The notes under the pieces were generated by a model. The model did not search any database. It was not told where the DNA came from and saw only the letters and a program-made list of their open reading frames with translations. A DNA stretch of 64,000 nucleotides from Azolla caroliniana (taxonomy: Eukaryota; Plantae; Polypodiophyta), in the NCBI GenBank assembly GCA_043228905.1, contig JBHGNT010000022.1, positions 11,594,001-11,658,000 of the forward strand, in the 5' to 3' direction. Shown here piece after piece: positions 62,601 through 64,000 of the stretch. The position numbers and the translations under genes were made by a program. Position 1 is the first letter of the stretch; every line of letters begins with the position of its first letter.

Positions 62601-63852
62601 GTGTCTACTCGGGCGATCCGATGCGCCCTGGTTCCTCTTTCGAAGTCCGCAATGACTTCATACATGTCGATCGAGTTGACCGGTATGACTCGGTCTTCGC
62701 TTAGACCTCCTCTGACTACCTTCCCGATTTCCCCCAAGGTGTCATCGAATGAGACTGCCTCCATGGCTTCCCCAATTCCTTCGTCGTGGCTTAAGGCTCC
62801 GCACGCCTTCAAGCGTATCTCGGCCCGTTTTCTTTCTCTGCCATTGATGCTGGCTATGGTACACCCCTCGTTGTTGGAGAACAAAATTTTCCTACCTATT
62901 TTATAGGTGTGGGGAGTTTCTCGGTTGTCCGGACTATCGTGGCCCTACGCCTTGATAGCCCTATCTAAAAATCCAGCTTATCATCATTCCCGAGGGTGTC
63001 TTGGTTTCGTTTGTGGTTCTTCCGAACGGTCAAAAATTGGACGAAGTGACGGCCGTCCTGACTTTTTACCCTCGCATAGGCTGAACCATTGTCCATCACT
63101 TTTGTCTCCATTCTAGCCGCCGTGATGTATGGTTCTCCAAGGATGACCGGGTGGGAGGAAGTTTCTTGCACAAAAAAGTGTTGGTTTATGTTGACATCTT
63201 CGATGCTCACCCTGACGTTCGGGCAAGCCCCGTGCAACACTTCCGCGGCTCTTGTTGTCGCGCGTATCTTCCACCCGTGTTGGGTGTTGATCGGCCAATT
63301 TCCCTTTTTGTAGAAGTCCATGGACATTAAGTTAATTTCCGACCCGTGGTCGATTAATGCCACCACTGGTTCCTTGACATTCCCGATTCGAATTGGGGTC
63401 TCTGTAGTAGCTCTTGCCCAGTGCGGCTTGGCGTAGTGGCTTTCTGAGAGCTCGTCTTCCGTGGCAATCTCGTCGAGGAGTGCCGCCCTCACCTCGACTG
63501 GCTTCTCGGGCTCTGGTTCCGTCATGAGACGCTTCCTCTTCACGAGGTCCACGATGTTGTTGTGGAACTCCCTTCTTGCTATACCGAGCACTTCCCTAAG
63601 CGTGAGTTCTATGCGACTGTCGAGAACTCGCTCCTCTAGAACCTTTTGTAGGTTCGTTGTTTTCTCGATTTCCGAGCTTACATGGAAGCTCGGAATCCTA
63701 CCCTTCTCCTTCTCCTGGGACCCGGTCGGAGCGGCATCGTTCTTTTTGGGCGTGCTTTGGGTGTCATACCTCCCCAAAGGACCCGCTCCCACGGTTTTCC
63801 CCGCTCGTCTTTCGTTGATCAGGGCCTCGTAGTTCCTGCACGCGGCTTCCAC
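59674..63852 (-). pseudogene. Fragmented gag-PR / RT-RH-IN of the Ylt1-like Gypsy
   Basis: ORF pieces 62965-63852, 62246-62884, 61030-62439, 60470-60775, 60190-60642, 59674-60171. Confidence 0.88.
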
Positions 63853-64000
63853 AAAGCCGATGCTTTCTTCAACAGGGTCGCTCCACCCGGTAACTTAGCC
63901 CACACATTCTTCCGCTTCTCCCTTCTGCAACCTTCCTCTAGTCAAGGTCTCGAGAATAGCCGGCCAGAATCTAGGGTTTGAATCGGGTTTGCTCGCCTTT

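Larger units (their letters stand above)
58520..64000 (-). mobile_element. Ty3/Gypsy element of Ylt1-like type, degenerate, running off the window (3' LTR 58520-59539)
   Basis: Minus-strand PPT GTGGGGGTGGA followed by TGTCGTGAAG...CCTTGACA; TATA near 59290; PR IDHGSEINLM, RT PQGGTNSV..PFLDDIPIKG, RH VDTS, IN ADRGEL..YNPEANGKIERGH, WFGPY. Confidence 0.88.

Overview
Eukaryotic, repeat-rich plant nuclear DNA, most consistent with a non-seed plant such as a fern (inferred from the LINE, Tcn1-like chromovirus and Ylt1-like Gypsy families present). Host genes: the last exon of a SIEL/INTS4-like gene (+), a multi-exon HESO1-like terminal nucleotidyltransferase (-) whose ~12 kb intron is filled with nested TEs, one tRNA-Lys(UUU) gene and an intronless 1023-aa QALGGH C2H2/EAR zinc-finger gene (ZAT3/DAZ1-like, -). 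Mobile DNA includes an intact, very young Ale-type Copia with identical TG..TA LTRs, a Tcn1/Tf1-like chromovirus interrupted by a solo LTR, a Ylt1-like Gypsy nested in another LTR element, three hAT-type MITEs and LINE/Copia remnants. The most notable signals are a Tf1-like self-priming architecture, tRNA-derived Pol III modules inside the LTRs of two unrelated families, two -1 frameshift signals (one downstream of the protease) and a tandem array of perfect ERSE/UPRE motifs directly upstream of the nucleotidyltransferase gene. All family assignments come from recalled motifs; no database search was run.
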